From assembly GCA_963677435.1 (NCBI GenBank), contig OY781945.1:1408001-1472000 (forward strand): a stretch of 64,000 nucleotides of DNA, given 5' to 3'. Below, piece by piece: positions 40,180-50,244 of the stretch; position 1 is the stretch's first letter, and each line of letters begins with the position of its first letter. This stretch comes from an uncultured Aliarcobacter sp. Its GTDB lineage: Bacteria > Campylobacterota > Campylobacteria > Campylobacterales > Arcobacteraceae. The position numbers were made by a program, and so were the translations under genes. Below the pieces are notes generated by a model. That model ran no database searches, was not told where the DNA came from, and saw only the letters and a list, made by a program, of their open reading frames with translations.

Positions 40180-41291
40180 TTCCTGTAAATGAACCACTAT
40201 TAAATGGTAATGAAAAAAAATATCTTAATGAATGTATTGATACAGGATGGATAAGTTCAGAGGGACCTTTTATCAAAAGATTTGAAGAAGGTATGGCAAA
40301 TTATGTTAATCGAAAATATGCAGTTGCTGTTACAAATGGTACGGCAGCTCTTGAAATAGCAGTAAAAGTTTTAAATATTGGGAAAAATGATGAAGTGATT
40401 ATGCCAAGCTTTACAATAATTTCTTGTGGACAAGCTGTTGTAAAAGCAGGAGCAAAACCAGTTTTAATTGATAGTGAATATGATAGTTTTAATATGAAAG
40501 TAGAAGATATTGAATCTAAAATTAATTCAAATACCAAAGCTATAATGGTTGTACATATTTATGGACTTCCTGTCGATATGAATCCTATTTTAAAACTTGC
40601 TAAGAAGTATAATCTTAAAATTATTGAAGATGCAGCTGAAATGCATGGTCAAACTTATAATAGTGAAATGTGTGGAAGTTTTGGGGATATAAGTATTTTT
40701 AGCTTTTATCCCAACAAGCATATTACAACAGGAGAGGGTGGTATGATTCTTATGGATGATGAGAAAATATATGAAAAATGCAAGTCTCTTAGAAATCTTT
40801 GCTTCTCTACAGATGAAAATAAAAGATTTATACATGAAGAACTCGGATGGAACCTTAGAATGACCAATATTCAAGCAGCACTTGGTGTAGCTCAACTTGA
40901 AAGGATAAATGAATTTATAATTAAAAAAAGATGGATAGGTAAGATGTATCAAGAGCTTCTAAGTGATATAAAGGCTATAAATCTTCCTATTAAAGCCAAA
41001 CCATTTGCAGAAAATATTTATTGGGTATTTGGTGTAACTATTCAAGATGAATATCCAAAAAATATAAAAAATATTATGGAAGAATTAAAAGCTAAAGGAA
41101 TAGGCACAAGACCATTCTTTTATCCAATGCATAAACAACCAGTCTTTAATAAAATGGGATTATTCTTAGAAGAAACATATTCAAATGCAATGAAGCTTTA
41201 TGAAAGAGGATTTTATATTCCAAGTGGTATGACACTTACTGAAGAACAAATAAAAGAAGTATCAACTATTATGCATGAAGTATTAGTATGA
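40176..41291 (+). CDS. DegT-family aminotransferase, GDP-perosamine synthase-like
   Basis: TGWISSEG, NGTAAL, IEDAAE, FSFYPNKHITTGEGGM and NLRMTNIQAA motifs. Confidence 0.88.
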   Translation: MIPVNEPLLNGNEKKYLNECIDTGWISSEGPFIKRFEEGMANYVNRKYAVAVTNGTAALEIAVKVLNIGKNDEVIMPSFTIISCGQAVVKAGAKPVLIDSEYDSFNMKVEDIESKINSNTKAIMVVHIYGLPVDMNPILKLAKKYNLKIIEDAAEMHGQTYNSEMCGSFGDISIFSFYPNKHITTGEGGMILMDDEKIYEKCKSLRNLCFSTDENKRFIHEELGWNLRMTNIQAALGVAQLERINEFIIKKRWIGKMYQELLSDIKAINLPIKAKPFAENIYWVFGVTIQDEYPKNIKNIMEELKAKGIGTRPFFYPMHKQPVFNKMGLFLEETYSNAMKLYERGFYIPSGMTLTEEQIKEVSTIMHEVLV

Positions 41292-42046
41292 ATCAATTTG
41301 GGGATTTATATTCGCAGTATTATGATTTATTATATTGTGACAAAGATTATAATAGTGAAGTTAAATATATAGATAGTCTAATAAAAGAAAATGCTAAAAA
41401 TGCTAAAAAAATATTAGATATGGGTTGTGGTACAGGAAAGCATGCAGAATTACTTTGTAATAAAGATTATACTGTTCATGGGATTGACTTGAGTGAAGAT
41501 ATGCTAAAAATTGCAAAAGATAGAAGGAAAGGAAAAGAAAAACAATTGTCTTTTAGTCATTCCAATATTCAAAATTTATCTTTAGATAAAAAGTTTGATG
41601 TTGTAATTTCTCTTTTTCATGTAATGAGTTACCAAAATTCAAATGAAGAATTGATAAAAGCTTTTGAAACAGTAAAAAAACATTTAAAGGATGGAGGTCT
41701 TTTCATTTTTGATTTTTGGTATGGGCCAGCAGTATTAAGAGATTTACCTACAACAAGAATAAAAAGATTTGAAAATGAGAATTTAAAAGTTACTAGAATT
41801 GCAGAACCTTTATTACACTCGCAAGAGAATATTGTGGATGTAAATTATGATATTTTTATAGAAGACAAGAATACAAATAATGTATTAAGAAAAAAAGAAC
41901 TTCATAAAATGAGATACTTCTTTGATACAGAGTTAGAGCTGATTTGTAATAAAGTAGGTTTTAAAATAGAAAATAAATATGAGTGGATGAGTAAAAAAAC
42001 ACCAGATTTTAATAGTTGGAATGTTGTGTGGATAATAAAATTTTAA
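41288..42046 (+). CDS. Class I SAM-dependent methyltransferase
   Basis: YDLLY..KDY..E and ILDMGCGTGKH motifs. Confidence 0.88.
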   Translation: MNQFGDLYSQYYDLLYCDKDYNSEVKYIDSLIKENAKNAKKILDMGCGTGKHAELLCNKDYTVHGIDLSEDMLKIAKDRRKGKEKQLSFSHSNIQNLSLDKKFDVVISLFHVMSYQNSNEELIKAFETVKKHLKDGGLFIFDFWYGPAVLRDLPTTRIKRFENENLKVTRIAEPLLHSQENIVDVNYDIFIEDKNTNNVLRKKELHKMRYFFDTELELICNKVGFKIENKYEWMSKKTPDFNSWNVVWIIKF

Positions 42047-43236
42047 ATATAGCCATAGTTATAAATCATGATATATATTCAGGTGGTGGGTTTCAATACT
42101 CGTATATGGTTTTAAATCTTTTAAAGAAATATCATAAGGATAAGACAATCAAATTATCTTTTTATAGTATAAATAAAGATATTTCTATTGATTATCAAGA
42201 TTTAGATTTAGAGATAGAAATAATCAATGAAAATTTATTCCAAAAAATTCATAGAATAGCTCTGAAAAATATTTACTTTTACAATTTTTTTAAGAAATTG
42301 GGATTAAGAAAATCAAAAATAGAATCAAAGATTATTAAAGATGGAATTGATTTGATATATTTTTTATCTCCAAGTCAAATTACTCATTCTTTAATTGAAC
42401 TTCCATACATTATAACTTTATGGGATTTAGGTCATTTAAATTTGATAGAATTTCCCGAATTAAGTCATAATAAAATATTTGAAGGTAGAGAAGAGAATTA
42501 TTCTAATAGTTTGAAAAAGGCTATAAATGTAATAGTTGATTCTACATATTTAAAAAACTATTGTATATCAAAGTATAATTTGGAAGAAAATAGAATTAAA
42601 ATTTTACCCTTTATTCCAAATGTATTAATTCTTGATAATAAAAATTTTGTGAATATAAAAGAAAAATATAATATTAAAAATGATTATATTTTTTATCCTG
42701 CACAGTTTTGGGCACATAAAAATCATATATATATATTAAAAGCAATTAAGATATTGAGATATGAACAGAATATCGATGTCAGTGTTGTTTTTTCTGGTTC
42801 AAATAAAGGAAATCTTAATTATGTTTTGACATCTGCAAAGAGTATGGGGATAGAGAATTTAATTCATTATGTAGGATTTGTAAAAAATGAAGAAATACCT
42901 TATTTATATAAGCAATCTCTATCTTTAGTAATGCCTACATATCTAGGACCAACAAATATTCCTCCTTTAGAGGCATTTGCGTATGAAACACCCGTTTGTT
43001 ATTCAGATACACCATTTTTTAGAGAACAGTTTGAAGAATCAGTATTTTTTATGGATTTAAATAATCCAAATAGTTTATCTGAAAATATATTATTCATAAA
43101 AAATAATAAAGATATAGTTGATAATAAAATTTTAAAAGGTAAAAATATTTTAGATAATTGGAAAGAAGAAGACTTTTATAATAAATTATTAAAAGTATTT
43201 AAACGATATCAATACATTAGAGAATGTTGGGAATAG
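42016..43236 (+). CDS. GT4-family glycosyltransferase
   Basis: FYPAQFWAHKNH and GPTNIPPLEAF motifs; exact start uncertain. Confidence 0.85.
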   Translation: MECCVDNKILNIAIVINHDIYSGGGFQYSYMVLNLLKKYHKDKTIKLSFYSINKDISIDYQDLDLEIEIINENLFQKIHRIALKNIYFYNFFKKLGLRKSKIESKIIKDGIDLIYFLSPSQITHSLIELPYIITLWDLGHLNLIEFPELSHNKIFEGREENYSNSLKKAINVIVDSTYLKNYCISKYNLEENRIKILPFIPNVLILDNKNFVNIKEKYNIKNDYIFYPAQFWAHKNHIYILKAIKILRYEQNIDVSVVFSGSNKGNLNYVLTSAKSMGIENLIHYVGFVKNEEIPYLYKQSLSLVMPTYLGPTNIPPLEAFAYETPVCYSDTPFFREQFEESVFFMDLNNPNSLSENILFIKNNKDIVDNKILKGKNILDNWKEEDFYNKLLKVFKRYQYIRECWE

Positions 43237-43254
43237 AAAACTTAACTAATCATA

Positions 43255-44256
43255 TTATTTATATAAAAATCTTTTCCCAAAATTAATAAATCTTTTTTCT
43301 ACATATTTTTCTAAAAAGAATCCAAAAATAAATACTAAACAAATAATAAGACAAAATGATAATAATGGCTTATCTGGATTAAGATTGAAATATAATATTA
43401 TTTGAATAATAGGAAAATGTATAATATAAATGCTGTATGAAAAGTCAAATTTAATTTTAATATATTTAATGAAAAAAACTAAATAAAAGCATATTATTCC
43501 CAAAAAAATAGGGTCAAAGAAATTACTAATATGAATATTAGAATAGTTTCTGATATAAATTAAACTTATAAAACTTATAAAACTTATAAAATGGAAATAT
43601 TTATGATTTTTTCTTTCATATAATAAATAAAAAATTATTCCAACAACGAAAAATCTAAGTTGTCCAGGAAATTGGTGTGATAAACTTTCAAGATGTAGAT
43701 AATTCATAAAATATTTCCAAAAGAATGAAGTAAGATAAAGAAATATAATAAACTTTATTCTAATTTTTTTATAAAGAAAATATATTAATGGAACTGCAAG
43801 ATAAAACATTATTTCAATTTTTAATGTCCATAAACTACCATTTATAGCATTTACATGTAGTTCACTTAATGTTTGACCTACTGAAGGTGATAAAAAATTG
43901 AGATAAAAAATATTTACAAGAAAGTATTTTATATACAAAAATATATTAGTTTCTTTTGAATAAAAAATAAAAAATAATGTTTGTAATATTATTATTATCA
44001 AATATAACGGATAAATTCTAAAAAATCTTTTTACAAAAAAATTTTTTTCTGAATTATCTTTATCAAAACTCCAAAATATTAAAAAGCCACTTACTATAAA
44101 GAACATCTGTACTGAATAACCAGAAATAGAAAAAATAAAATTTGTTGATTTATTTCCTGTTAGTGTATTCCAATGTGCAAATACAACTAATAATGCTAAT
44201 ATTAATCTTAATATATCAAAATTATTTTCTTTTCTAATTTTAGTACGATCATTCAC
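43255..44256 (-). CDS. Acyltransferase-3 family membrane O-acyltransferase
   Basis: NNFDILR, FFIVSGFLI, RFFRIYP, NGSLWTLKIE and SYSIYIIH motifs. Confidence 0.9.
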   Translation of the reverse strand: MNDRTKIRKENNFDILRLILALLVVFAHWNTLTGNKSTNFIFSISGYSVQMFFIVSGFLIFWSFDKDNSEKNFFVKRFFRIYPLYLIIIILQTLFFIFYSKETNIFLYIKYFLVNIFYLNFLSPSVGQTLSELHVNAINGSLWTLKIEIMFYLAVPLIYFLYKKIRIKFIIFLYLTSFFWKYFMNYLHLESLSHQFPGQLRFFVVGIIFYLLYERKNHKYFHFISFISFISLIYIRNYSNIHISNFFDPIFLGIICFYLVFFIKYIKIKFDFSYSIYIIHFPIIQIILYFNLNPDKPLLSFCLIICLVFIFGFFLEKYVEKRFINFGKRFLYK

Positions 44257-44415
44257 CTAATATACTTTTCCTTGTTACTTCTGTAAATTAAAATAATTTA
44301 TATACTTTTTGGATTTATTATACTCACAGTATAATAAAAATATAATAATAAAGAAATCACAATAATAATCAAAGTTTATTAATTAGATATATTAAAAGAT
44401 TTAAGGAAAAAATAT

Positions 44416-45240
44416 ATGATTAAAGATAGACTATATTACTCAAATATCATTGTAAATAAAATTGAAGAAAATAGAGAAATAATTATAAAAAATATTGAAC
44501 TACAAGTTAAAAAAGGTTCTACTTTTATATTTTTCACAATTGATAATCTTCTACCTGTTGGAGATGTAATGGAAATTTATTCTAAATTTCCAAAAAAAGA
44601 GGAAATGAGAGAGAAAAAAAATCTAAGGGAATATAAACTAATAGAAGCACAATTAAATAATCATGATAGAATTCTTGAAGAAATAACTTACTCTTTTCAA
44701 GAAAAAAAGGTTATAAATAGTATTGCATCTATTATTGGCAATAATGACATAATTGCTGATGAATTTTTATATGCAGGTGGATTAAGTAGAATGGAAGAAG
44801 GAAACTACTTAAACCCTCATTTGGATAATTCCCATGATAAAGATAGAAGTTTATATAGAGTTTTGAATTTATTATATTATGTAACACCAAATAGAGAGAT
44901 AGAAGATGGAGGGAATCTTGAATTATGGGATAAAGGACTAAAAAATAATCGAACTATAATACATTCAAAATTTAATAGATTGGCAATTATGGTTACAAAT
45001 AAAGAATCTTGGCATGGTGTAAGTAAAGTAAAAAAAGGTAATAGATGTTGCATATCAAATTATTATTTTTCAAAAAAAGCAATGACTACTGATGGTTATT
45101 TTCATGTAACATCATTTAGAGGTTTCCCAGATCAAAAGATAAAAGATATTGTTCTTCAATCTGATACAGTTTTGAGAACATTAATTAGAAAGTTATTCCC
45201 AAAAGGTATTGTGAAAAATACTCATATATATAAAAAATAG
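44416..45240 (+). CDS. 2OG-Fe(II) oxygenase family protein
   Basis: HxD (PHLD), GGNLELW, distal His (SWHGV) and downstream Arg. Confidence 0.85.
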   Translation: MIKDRLYYSNIIVNKIEENREIIIKNIELQVKKGSTFIFFTIDNLLPVGDVMEIYSKFPKKEEMREKKNLREYKLIEAQLNNHDRILEEITYSFQEKKVINSIASIIGNNDIIADEFLYAGGLSRMEEGNYLNPHLDNSHDKDRSLYRVLNLLYYVTPNREIEDGGNLELWDKGLKNNRTIIHSKFNRLAIMVTNKESWHGVSKVKKGNRCCISNYYFSKKAMTTDGYFHVTSFRGFPDQKIKDIVLQSDTVLRTLIRKLFPKGIVKNTHIYKK

Positions 45241-45341
45241 AATAAAAAATTTGTTTACTTTTATGCTTAATACTTATTATATAAAGAAGTGAATAGAATT
45301 ACTAAAAAAAGATTAGATTTATAAAATTAAAGAGTAATAAA

Positions 45342-46097
45342 ATGAACAAAAATCCAATAGTCTCTGTGATTACAGTTGTATATAATGGTGAAAAATTTAT
45401 TGAAGAAACAATAAAAAGTGTCTTAAATCAGACTTATAATAATATAGAATATATTATTATAGATGGTGGCTCAACAGATGGAACTATTGACATTATAAAG
45501 AGATATGAAAATAGAATAGATTATTGGGTTAGTGAGTCAGATAATGGTATTTATGATGCATGGAATAAAGGAATTAAAATAGCGAAAGGTGAATGGATAA
45601 GTTTTCTTGGGGCGGATGATTTTTATTTAAATGATGCTATAACAAATTATATAAATTTAATTATAACTTCTCCTAAAGATAATATAATGTATGTATCTTC
45701 TAAAAATATATTATGTGATGAAAACAAAAATAAAATAAAAATTATAGGTCAAAAGTGGAATTGGAATAAATTTAAAGTTTATATGAATGTGGCACATGTA
45801 GGTTCCTTACATAATAGTAAATTATATAAAATATATGGTTTTTATAATACTGAATTTAAAATTTGTGCTGATTATGAATTTCTTTTAAGAGTTGGAAAAA
45901 ACTTAATTACAGAATTTCTTGATGAAGAAACATGTTTTATGCGAAATGGAGGTGTAAGTAATATAAATAATAGAGTTTTTTTAGAAACCTTTAACGCCAA
46001 AAGAAAATATCATACAAGAAATATTGCATTGTTATACTATGATTTAATTATTGCATTAATGAAATATAAATTAAGGAATATCCTTCATGGCTATTAA
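45342..46097 (+). CDS. GT2-family glycosyltransferase
   Basis: SVITVVYN, IDGGSTDGT, GIYDAWNKG and FLGADD motifs. Confidence 0.92.
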   Translation: MNKNPIVSVITVVYNGEKFIEETIKSVLNQTYNNIEYIIIDGGSTDGTIDIIKRYENRIDYWVSESDNGIYDAWNKGIKIAKGEWISFLGADDFYLNDAITNYINLIITSPKDNIMYVSSKNILCDENKNKIKIIGQKWNWNKFKVYMNVAHVGSLHNSKLYKIYGFYNTEFKICADYEFLLRVGKNLITEFLDEETCFMRNGGVSNINNRVFLETFNAKRKYHTRNIALLYYDLIIALMKYKLRNILHGY

Positions 46098-48414
46098 ACA
46101 AGAGACTTATTTTTATTTTTTATTTTTTTCATTTATTTTATTTACATCTTATTTAAGTAATATTTTTAAGACGAGCTCCTTCCAATTTTTTACAACTTTT
46201 TTTATTTTTTTAATTTCTATATTTATAATTCTAATGATAAATAAAAATGAAAAATTAAAACAAAAATATTCTTTGAGATTAGAACCATTTTTAATAAGTC
46301 TATTCGTTTATATATTTGCTATATCTATAATTAGTTTTATTAATCATTCAAATTTTGACTTTTTAAGATTTATTATTTCTTATATTTTAATAATTATTTA
46401 TATGATATCATCTTTTTATGTTGCCGTAACAATATATAATATTGATGATACAGAAATATATAATTATGTAAAAGTATTATATTTTATATTATTACTAGAT
46501 GGAATTATAAGTAGTATAAATTATCACTTTACAACTTCAAAAGTTATGGTATTATTTGCAGAACCATCTCATTTTGCATTAATTCTTTTGCCAATAACTT
46601 TATTTATTTATATTAAAAAAGATAATAATTTTTTAATTCTTATTCCTCCATTAATTATATCATTAGCTATACAAAACTTAACATTACTAGTAGGAATTTT
46701 TTTATTTTTCATATGTCAAAAAAGAAATAATTTTTTATTAAAAATAGTAATATTAGGCACTATAGTTATTTTATTAATCAATTTTTATGATTTTTCTTAT
46801 TTCATTAAAAGATTGGATTTCTCAAGTGTAAAAAATATGTCTACATTAGTTTTTTTAAGTGGATGGGAAAATGCAATATTAAATTTTAAAGATACACATG
46901 GATTAGGAATAGGTTTTAATCAATTAGGATTAATCGGTGAACAAGGTTATTATAGAAGTATTTTAGTAAATGATAATCATGGCACAGTTAATCTTTATGA
47001 TGGTGGAACAACAGGTTCTAAACTGATTTCAGAAATAGGAATAGTAGGAGTTTTTTTATTGTTAATATATTTATATAGTTTATTTAAGTTTTATAAAATA
47101 ATATTAAATAAAATAATATTAAATAATAAAGATATATTAATATTTTCTTTTTTCTTTTCTGCCTTTTTTGAATTTTTTTTAAGAGGGATTGGATATTTTA
47201 CTCTAGGGATGTTTCTATTTTTAGTCTCTTGTATTTACTTGAAAAAATATAATATATTAAACAAATATAATACTACATTAGAGAAAAATAATACTACAGA
47301 TAAAAAATTAATTATTATTTCTGCTATAAATTTGCGTACGGGAGGAACACTTACTATTCTAAATGATTGTCTAAATTTTGTAGATGAATATTTATATAAG
47401 AATTACCGTATTTTAGTACTTGTTCATAGAAAAGATGTAATAATAAAAACTAAAAATTTAGATTTCATAGAGTTTCCTAATTCTGTAAAATCATATTTTT
47501 TTCGCTTTTATTATGAATATATTTATTTTAAATATTTATCAAAAAGAAAAAAACCTTATTTATGGTTTTCTTTACATGACATGACACCTAATGTCGAAGC
47601 AAATATAAGAGCTGTGTATTGCCATAATCCAACACCTTTTTATAAAATAAGTTTTAAAGAGTTTCTTTTTGATAAAAAATCATTTCTATTTTATTTGTTT
47701 TATAAATACATTTATAGAATTAATATTCATAAAAATGATTATGTTGTAGTTCAACAAAATTGGTTAAAAGAAGAATTTCTAAAAATGTATAAAATTAAGA
47801 ACTGTATAGTTTCTTATCCTTCTATTCCAATTAAAAATGTCAATGAGATTGATTTAAATTTAGAAAAGAATAGCAAATTAACTTTATTTTATCCTTCTTT
47901 TCCTAGAGTTTTTAAAAATATAGAACTTATTTGTGAAGTTATGGAAAAACTTATAAAATATAAAGACATTGAATTGATTTTAACAATTAACGGTAGTGAA
48001 AATAAGTATTCAAAATATTTATATAAAAAATATTGTAAGAATAAAAATATAAAATTTATTGGTTTGCAAACTAGAAAACGTATTTTTGAATTATATGAAG
48101 TTTCTGACTGTTTAATATTCCCTTCTAAATTAGAAACTTGGGGACTTCCTCTATCAGAGTATAAAATTTTTAATAAACCAATACTAGTTTCTAATTTGGA
48201 ATATGCAAAAGAAACAATAGGAAATTATAAAAAAGTAAAGTTTTTTAATCCAAATAATGTTGAAGAGTTAGCAAAAATCATTATAGATTTATATCTTAAA
48301 AAGTTAAAATATGATGAAGTAAAAAATAAAAAGTTAAAATCTGATATATTTTTAGGATGGGATCAATTGTTTAAAAAATTATTAATCAAAGAGAGAGCAA
48401 ATGAAAACAATTAG
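46087..48414 (+). CDS. Fusion of Wzy-like polymerase (N-terminal) and GT4 glycosyltransferase (C-terminal)
   Basis: First ~385 aa are multi-TM with FAEPSHF and GIGFNQ motifs. After a linker come ISAINLRTGG...FYPSFPRVFKN...FPSKLETWGLPLSE. Confidence 0.75.
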   Translation: MAIKQETYFYFLFFSFILFTSYLSNIFKTSSFQFFTTFFIFLISIFIILMINKNEKLKQKYSLRLEPFLISLFVYIFAISIISFINHSNFDFLRFIISYILIIIYMISSFYVAVTIYNIDDTEIYNYVKVLYFILLLDGIISSINYHFTTSKVMVLFAEPSHFALILLPITLFIYIKKDNNFLILIPPLIISLAIQNLTLLVGIFLFFICQKRNNFLLKIVILGTIVILLINFYDFSYFIKRLDFSSVKNMSTLVFLSGWENAILNFKDTHGLGIGFNQLGLIGEQGYYRSILVNDNHGTVNLYDGGTTGSKLISEIGIVGVFLLLIYLYSLFKFYKIILNKIILNNKDILIFSFFFSAFFEFFLRGIGYFTLGMFLFLVSCIYLKKYNILNKYNTTLEKNNTTDKKLIIISAINLRTGGTLTILNDCLNFVDEYLYKNYRILVLVHRKDVIIKTKNLDFIEFPNSVKSYFFRFYYEYIYFKYLSKRKKPYLWFSLHDMTPNVEANIRAVYCHNPTPFYKISFKEFLFDKKSFLFYLFYKYIYRINIHKNDYVVVQQNWLKEEFLKMYKIKNCIVSYPSIPIKNVNEIDLNLEKNSKLTLFYPSFPRVFKNIELICEVMEKLIKYKDIELILTINGSENKYSKYLYKKYCKNKNIKFIGLQTRKRIFELYEVSDCLIFPSKLETWGLPLSEYKIFNKPILVSNLEYAKETIGNYKKVKFFNPNNVEELAKIIIDLYLKKLKYDEVKNKKLKSDIFLGWDQLFKKLLIKERANENN

Positions 48415-49234
48415 CATTTCAATAGTTTTATTTAACAACAAAAAAGAACAAATAATTAAAGTAATTACAAGTCTTTTATTGTGCGAAAGTTTAGAGATAA
48501 AACTTTTTTTAATAGATAACTCGTCAAATGATGTTTTGAAAGAATTGGTAAATTTAGATGAGAGAAGAATAGAATATATTTTTAATAATGAAAATTTAGG
48601 TTATGGAAAAGGTCATAATATTGCAATAGAAAAGAGTATAGAAAGAGGAATTTCCTATCACTTAGTTTTAAATCCTGATGTTTATTTTGATAAAGATGTT
48701 CTATTAAAACTATATGTCTACATGGAAAAACATACAGATGTAGGGAATATTATTCCTCAAGTAAAATATCCAAATGGTGATATTCAATATTTATGTAAAC
48801 TTTTACCTTCTCCATTTGATTTAATATTAAGAAGATTTATCCCTTTTAAAACTTGGAAAAATAGAAATAGTGAGAAATATGAATTGAAATTTACAGGATA
48901 TATTAAAATTATGAATGTGCCGAGTCTAAGTGGATGTTTTATGTTTCTAAGATGTAATATACTGAAAGAAGTTGGACTATTTGATGAAAGTTTTTTTATG
49001 TATTTAGAAGATGTAGATTTAAATAGGAGAATTCATGAAAACTATAAGACAATATTCTACCCTGAAGTTCAAATTTATCATGAATATGCAAAAGATTCAT
49101 ATAAAAATAAAAAGTTATTAATTTATCATATTAAATCTGCAATTAATTATTTTAATAAGTGGGGATGGTTTTTTGATAAAAAAAGATTTAAAATTAATAA
49201 TAGAATAATAAAAGATTACAAAAAATTATTATAA
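48401..49234 (+). CDS. GT2-family glycosyltransferase (rhamnosyltransferase-like)
   Basis: LIDNSS, NLGYGKGHN, LNPD and SGCFM...FDESFFMYLEDVDL motifs. Confidence 0.88.
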   Translation: MKTISISIVLFNNKKEQIIKVITSLLLCESLEIKLFLIDNSSNDVLKELVNLDERRIEYIFNNENLGYGKGHNIAIEKSIERGISYHLVLNPDVYFDKDVLLKLYVYMEKHTDVGNIIPQVKYPNGDIQYLCKLLPSPFDLILRRFIPFKTWKNRNSEKYELKFTGYIKIMNVPSLSGCFMFLRCNILKEVGLFDESFFMYLEDVDLNRRIHENYKTIFYPEVQIYHEYAKDSYKNKKLLIYHIKSAINYFNKWGWFFDKKRFKINNRIIKDYKKLL

Positions 49235-49286
49235 TTACATCTATTTTTTATTTAAGAAAATGATATTAATATGTATATGAAGTTAT

Positions 49287-50207
49287 TTACAATCCTCTTT
49301 TCCCTATTACTATCATTATAGTTTTAAATATAATTTTTATTTCAAGTAGTATAGTCCAATGTTTAATATAGTATAAATCATACATAAGCTTTTGTATAGT
49401 GTCATCAACATTAGTGCCATATGGATAATTTACTTGTCCCCAACCAGTTATTCCTGGTTTAATAAGATGTCTTTCATGATAATAAGGAATTTTCTGTTCA
49501 TATTCCTTGACTAATATGTCCCATTCAGCTCTTGGTCCTATTAAATGAATTTCTCCTCTTATTACATTAAGTATTTGGGGAAGCTCATCAATTCTACTTT
49601 TTCTTAAAAATCTACCATAAGGGTATATTCTATCATCTCCTTCTTTTGTATAGGGATCATGATAGCTATTTTCATGCATTGTACGAAACTTTCTACATTG
49701 AAAAACTTTTTTATCTTTTCCAATTCGATTTTGTTTAAAGTAAAGCTTTCCTGGAGATTCTTTTTTCATTTTACTTTTTATAATATAAATAAAAGGCCAT
49801 CCAAATAAAAATAATAAACTAACTCCTATAAAATCAATAATTCTTTTTTGAATATATTGAAAAGTATTAAAAGGTTTTATATCATCTAAAAAATGTAAAT
49901 CTTCATTATCTTTAGGAATATAGCATTTATTAAGATAACTTTCAAGAAATTTCTCTATTCCAATTAATTTTATTTTTTTCTCAAATTGTAAGTTTGTTAA
50001 ATACCTAACAAGTTCATCAGGTACTTTTCCTTGTGTATTTAATACTATTACGTTATACTCTTTATTACTAATTAAAGATTCAATTTGATTTTTAGTTTCA
50101 TTTGGATTTGTATTTTTATAATCTATTTGCTTGAAAATTTTAAACTTTTTAGATAATTGTTTTTTTTCTACTTCTGTAAAAATATATTTTCGTCCAAGAA
50201 TTAACAC
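49287..50207 (-). CDS. Initiating polyprenyl-phosphate sugar phosphotransferase (WcaJ/PglC-like)
   Basis: KRIID, KFRTM, RIDELPQ..N, GPRAE, KPGITGWGQV and DLYY motifs. Confidence 0.92.
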   Translation of the reverse strand: MLILGRKYIFTEVEKKQLSKKFKIFKQIDYKNTNPNETKNQIESLISNKEYNVIVLNTQGKVPDELVRYLTNLQFEKKIKLIGIEKFLESYLNKCYIPKDNEDLHFLDDIKPFNTFQYIQKRIIDFIGVSLLFLFGWPFIYIIKSKMKKESPGKLYFKQNRIGKDKKVFQCRKFRTMHENSYHDPYTKEGDDRIYPYGRFLRKSRIDELPQILNVIRGEIHLIGPRAEWDILVKEYEQKIPYYHERHLIKPGITGWGQVNYPYGTNVDDTIQKLMYDLYYIKHWTILLEIKIIFKTIMIVIGKRGL

Positions 50208-50244
50208 TTATTCATTTTTCCCTTTTAGTTAAATTAAAATAGTT

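Noticed and set aside
43562..43588. AAACTTATA x3 tandem repeat in the acyltransferase
   Set aside because: In-frame 9-bp unit (FIS x3) in a TM helix; copy-number change would not switch expression.
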